Assembly: GCA_039815185.1 (NCBI GenBank)
Contig: JBCBZT010000002.1
Span: 128,001 to 192,000, forward strand
Length of the DNA stretch: 64,000 nucleotides
Direction of reading: 5' to 3'
DNA from: Cyanobacteria bacterium P01_A01_bin.123
Lineage (GTDB): Bacteria; Cyanobacteriota; Cyanobacteriia; Phormidesmidales; Phormidesmidaceae
Position numbers and translations under genes: made by a program. Positions within the stretch are counted from its first letter, which is position 1. The number at the start of each line of letters is the position of its first letter. The notes beneath the pieces were generated by a model, which had not been told where the DNA came from, made no database searches, and worked only from the letters and a program-made list of their open reading frames with translations. Shown here in pieces: positions 61,189 to 64,000 of the stretch.

Positions 61189-62994
61189 ATGGCTTTGATG
61201 AACTATTCGGCCTCTTCTAACAGGGCTGATAAGAATTCAACCCGCACAGTCGGACGGCAGTATCAGTCAGTCATCTTGATGCTGTTTATTAGTCTGATCC
61301 TATTTGGCGGTATTGGCAGTCGGTTGGCCTATCTCCAATTAGTTGAAGGGGGACGAAATCGGCAACTGGCGGACAATAACCGCATTTTGCTGCTACCCAA
61401 GCGTCCGGCCCGAGGCACAATCTTTGATCGCAACGGCAAAATCTTGGCTGGGAGCCGTCTATCGCACTCGGTGTCGATTTGGCCCATCGCGTTGCCTGAA
61501 ACTGAGCGCGATCGCGTGGTCGGTCAACTCGCTAACATCTTAGAGATTCCAGAGGAGGCGATTCAAAATCGCTTAGAACAAGCTGGGTATGAATCGACCC
61601 AATCTGTCCCGATTGCTCGGGGGGTAAGTCCAGCTCAGGCGACGGCACTGGAAGAGTATGGCAGCGAACTCGCCGGGGTCAGAGTCGAGGCTGAAGCTGT
61701 TCGGAATTATCCCAACGGAGACTTGGCAGCCCACGTCTTGGGCTACACCGGAGAGATGAGCGATGAAGAATTACAGTCCAAAATCGACGCAGACGAAGAT
61801 TACCGTTTGGGTGACATCATTGGCCAGATGGGTTCAGAGGCAGCTTTTGAACCCCTACTAAGGGGCAAATGGGGGGGACAACAGGTTGAAGTCAACAGCT
61901 CTGGTCGGGTCGTCCGAATTTTAGGCAAAAAGCCTTCGGAGTCGGGTCAAGATATTCGACTCACGATTGATCTGGAGTTACAAAAGACGGCTGAAGCTGT
62001 CCTGGGCGATCGCATTGGGGCCATTGTGGCGATGGACCCCAGGGATGGTGCAATCCTGGCGATGGTGAGCCGCCCCGCCTTTGACCCCAATATCTTTTCA
62101 ACCCAAATTACCGATGAACAGTGGACACAACTGCAAGGGCGCACCTTTCCCTTCCTAAATCGTTCCCTACGGGCTTATCCCCCCGCCAGTACTTACAAAA
62201 TTGTCACCACAACAGCTGCCATTGAATCGGGCACATTCCCACCTTCGACAGTGTTAGCTACCTACCCCTATGTGCGAGCTGGGGGCATTTTATTTTGGGA
62301 CTGGAACAAGACCGGGTTTGGGCCATTAAGCTTCCCTGGTGCGATGGCGTGGAGTAGCGACACTTTCTTTTACCAAGTTGCCATGAGAATGGGCGAAGCC
62401 CCCCTAATCGAATGGTCTAGACGCTATGGCTTTGGTCAGAAAACGGGAATTGAACTGGCGTCAGGAGAAAGTGCGGGCCTGGTACCTGACCATGAATGGA
62501 AAAAAGAAGTCCTGGACGACATTTGGTATCAGGGTGACACGATCAACATGTCGATTGGTCAGGGCTTTATGCAGGCAACACCGCTCCAAGTTGCTGTTAT
62601 GTTTGCCGTAGCGGCTAATGGCGGCTATAAGGTCACACCCCATATCTTGCTCGATAATGCAGAGTCTCAGCAGTGGCGTGAAGATTTGGGAATTAGCGAC
62701 CAAACCCTTGACATCTTAGATCGGGGGTTGCGGCAGGTCGTTACAGGCGGTACCGGAACCATCGTTAACATCCCGGGTTTGCCGCCCATGTCAGGCAAGA
62801 GCGGAACTGCTGAAGCTGACCCCTATGAAAATCACACCTGGTTTGGCGCCTATGGCCCCACGGACAATCCTGAAATTTTGGTGGTTGCCTTTGGCGAACA
62901 TTCTGGCGGCGGCGGCGGTGCCCTAATGGGGCCCCTGACTCGACAAGTTCTAGAAGCTTACTTCAACAAAAAATCGGTTGCTCAAGGCCAGTGA
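61189..62994 (+). CDS. mrdA: Penicillin-binding protein 2
   Basis: N-terminal TM, RG.IFDRNG, STYK (SxxK), SSD, KSGT. Confidence 0.92.
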   Translation: MALMNYSASSNRADKNSTRTVGRQYQSVILMLFISLILFGGIGSRLAYLQLVEGGRNRQLADNNRILLLPKRPARGTIFDRNGKILAGSRLSHSVSIWPIALPETERDRVVGQLANILEIPEEAIQNRLEQAGYESTQSVPIARGVSPAQATALEEYGSELAGVRVEAEAVRNYPNGDLAAHVLGYTGEMSDEELQSKIDADEDYRLGDIIGQMGSEAAFEPLLRGKWGGQQVEVNSSGRVVRILGKKPSESGQDIRLTIDLELQKTAEAVLGDRIGAIVAMDPRDGAILAMVSRPAFDPNIFSTQITDEQWTQLQGRTFPFLNRSLRAYPPASTYKIVTTTAAIESGTFPPSTVLATYPYVRAGGILFWDWNKTGFGPLSFPGAMAWSSDTFFYQVAMRMGEAPLIEWSRRYGFGQKTGIELASGESAGLVPDHEWKKEVLDDIWYQGDTINMSIGQGFMQATPLQVAVMFAVAANGGYKVTPHILLDNAESQQWREDLGISDQTLDILDRGLRQVVTGGTGTIVNIPGLPPMSGKSGTAEADPYENHTWFGAYGPTDNPEILVVAFGEHSGGGGGALMGPLTRQVLEAYFNKKSVAQGQ

Positions 62995-63015
62995 GTGCCA
63001 ATTAATAGTGGAAAC

Positions 63016-63324
63016 TCACTCGTCTCGACTATCGTCTGCTGCGGGAGAGGAAGAATCATAGAGGGCGTCGAGCTGTTCACGAGCGTCTTTGACAGAAATC
63101 GAACGCATAACCAGCAACGGTTCACTAATCACCTTGCCATTGTCGTCTAGCAGTTCAGGGTGAGGGATGGGGCGTGTCTCAGCCTGGGACGCATTTAGGG
63201 AAGACAGAGCACTGCTACTGGGTCGACCGCTGGCCGAGCCCAGGGTAATCAAGTTTCGCACTAAATTCCAGATGGCTAAAGTGGCGAGTACGGTAAACGC
63301 AACAATGTAGAGGAGGTGCAGCAT
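63016..63324 (-). CDS. DUF2973-like membrane protein
   Basis: MLHLLYI..F TM; HPELLD..G....EPLLVMR motif. Confidence 0.75.
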   Translation of the reverse strand: MLHLLYIVAFTVLATLAIWNLVRNLITLGSASGRPSSSALSSLNASQAETRPIPHPELLDDNGKVISEPLLVMRSISVKDAREQLDALYDSSSPAADDSRDE

Positions 63325-63716
63325 AGTGACACTTATTAAAAGGCGGCGAGAGCGAGTAGCCCTACGTAACAAAATTTTAACGTTCTGGATGCTAAGGCGT
63401 TATCTGAACATTAGATTAACCAACCATTAAAGCCTTAGCCAAAGCCTATACCGAAAGATCCCATCTAGCAATGCTAAGGAGAGTGGATCAACTCACATCT
63501 TCCCGTTAAGCTAGCCCCTCCAAGAGGGCAAGGGTTAGCTGCTTCTTTCAGGCGATAATGAATAAGGGTAGTAACTACTTCACCAGCAGCAAGGATGACC
63601 AAAGCAACCCTGTCATGTTTAATTTTAACGCTATTTCTTTAATGTAACAGTTGAGTAGGCTCACAGAGCCTATGACCCTACTCAAGGAAAACGATGAATC
63701 TGGATACGACCCAGAT

Positions 63717-64000
63717 TTAAATGTCGAGATCCGTCAGGTTAAGGCGGGGGCCATAGGTTTCGATGAATTCCCGTCGCGGCGCAACGCGATCGCCCATAAG
63801 TACCGTAAAAATGCGATCGGCTTCGGCCGCATCCTCAATCTCTACCTTTTTCAAGGTACGCGTTTCTGGATTCATAGTAGTTTCCCAAAGTTGAGTCGGC
63901 ATCATTTCGCCTAATCCCTTAAACCGCTGCACGTTGTAATTGGCATTGGCGGGAAACTCGTTTTGAACCAGCTGAGTTAGCTCTCGCTCGCTGTAGCAAT
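63717..64000 (-). CDS. gyrB: DNA gyrase subunit B, C-terminal part (continues beyond the window)
   Basis: [30 protein letters not shown]. Confidence 0.95.
   Translation of the reverse strand, partial: CYSERELTQLVQNEFPANANYNVQRFKGLGEMMPTQLWETTMNPETRTLKKVEIEDAAEADRIFTVLMGDRVAPRREFIETYGPRLNLTDLDI

Noticed and set aside
1..64000. Frequent GCGATCGC octamers as a novel repeat
   Set aside because: This is the well-known cyanobacterial HIP1

Overview
Cyanobacterial chromosomal window: it carries psbB/psbT/psbM, a carboxysomal carbonic anhydrase and many HIP1 GCGATCGC octamers, and stpA suggests a glucosylglycerol-making, salt-tolerant strain. It is mostly housekeeping (aroA, recG, pgl, recF, sds, murI, nrdR, rpsA, metK, murG, potABCD, mrdA, 3' end of gyrB) mixed with signalling genes (membrane Ser/Thr kinase, multi-PAS hybrid histidine kinase, two FHA proteins). 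Most notable: (1) a complete circularly permuted ATP-grasp / alpha-E / transglutaminase / Anbu-protease module, with a TauE/SafE transporter at its head and the protease flipped to the opposite strand; (2) a TetR-peroxiredoxin-thioredoxin-GST cluster with three copies of a candidate 18-bp operator, followed by a 24-bp tandem array and a MITE-like element; (3) an LRAT-family acyltransferase fused to a PspA/Vipp1-like helix next to two FHA genes; (4) an unannotated 39-aa membrane peptide; (5) a HIP1-poor islet with an orphan protein, bordered by a perfect 32-bp double-HIP1 palindrome; (6) a gene-fragment scar near the left edge. psbM and psbT fall below the ORF-track cutoff and were translated by hand. 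No rRNA, tRNA or CRISPR array was recognised. All family calls come from motif recognition, not database searches.
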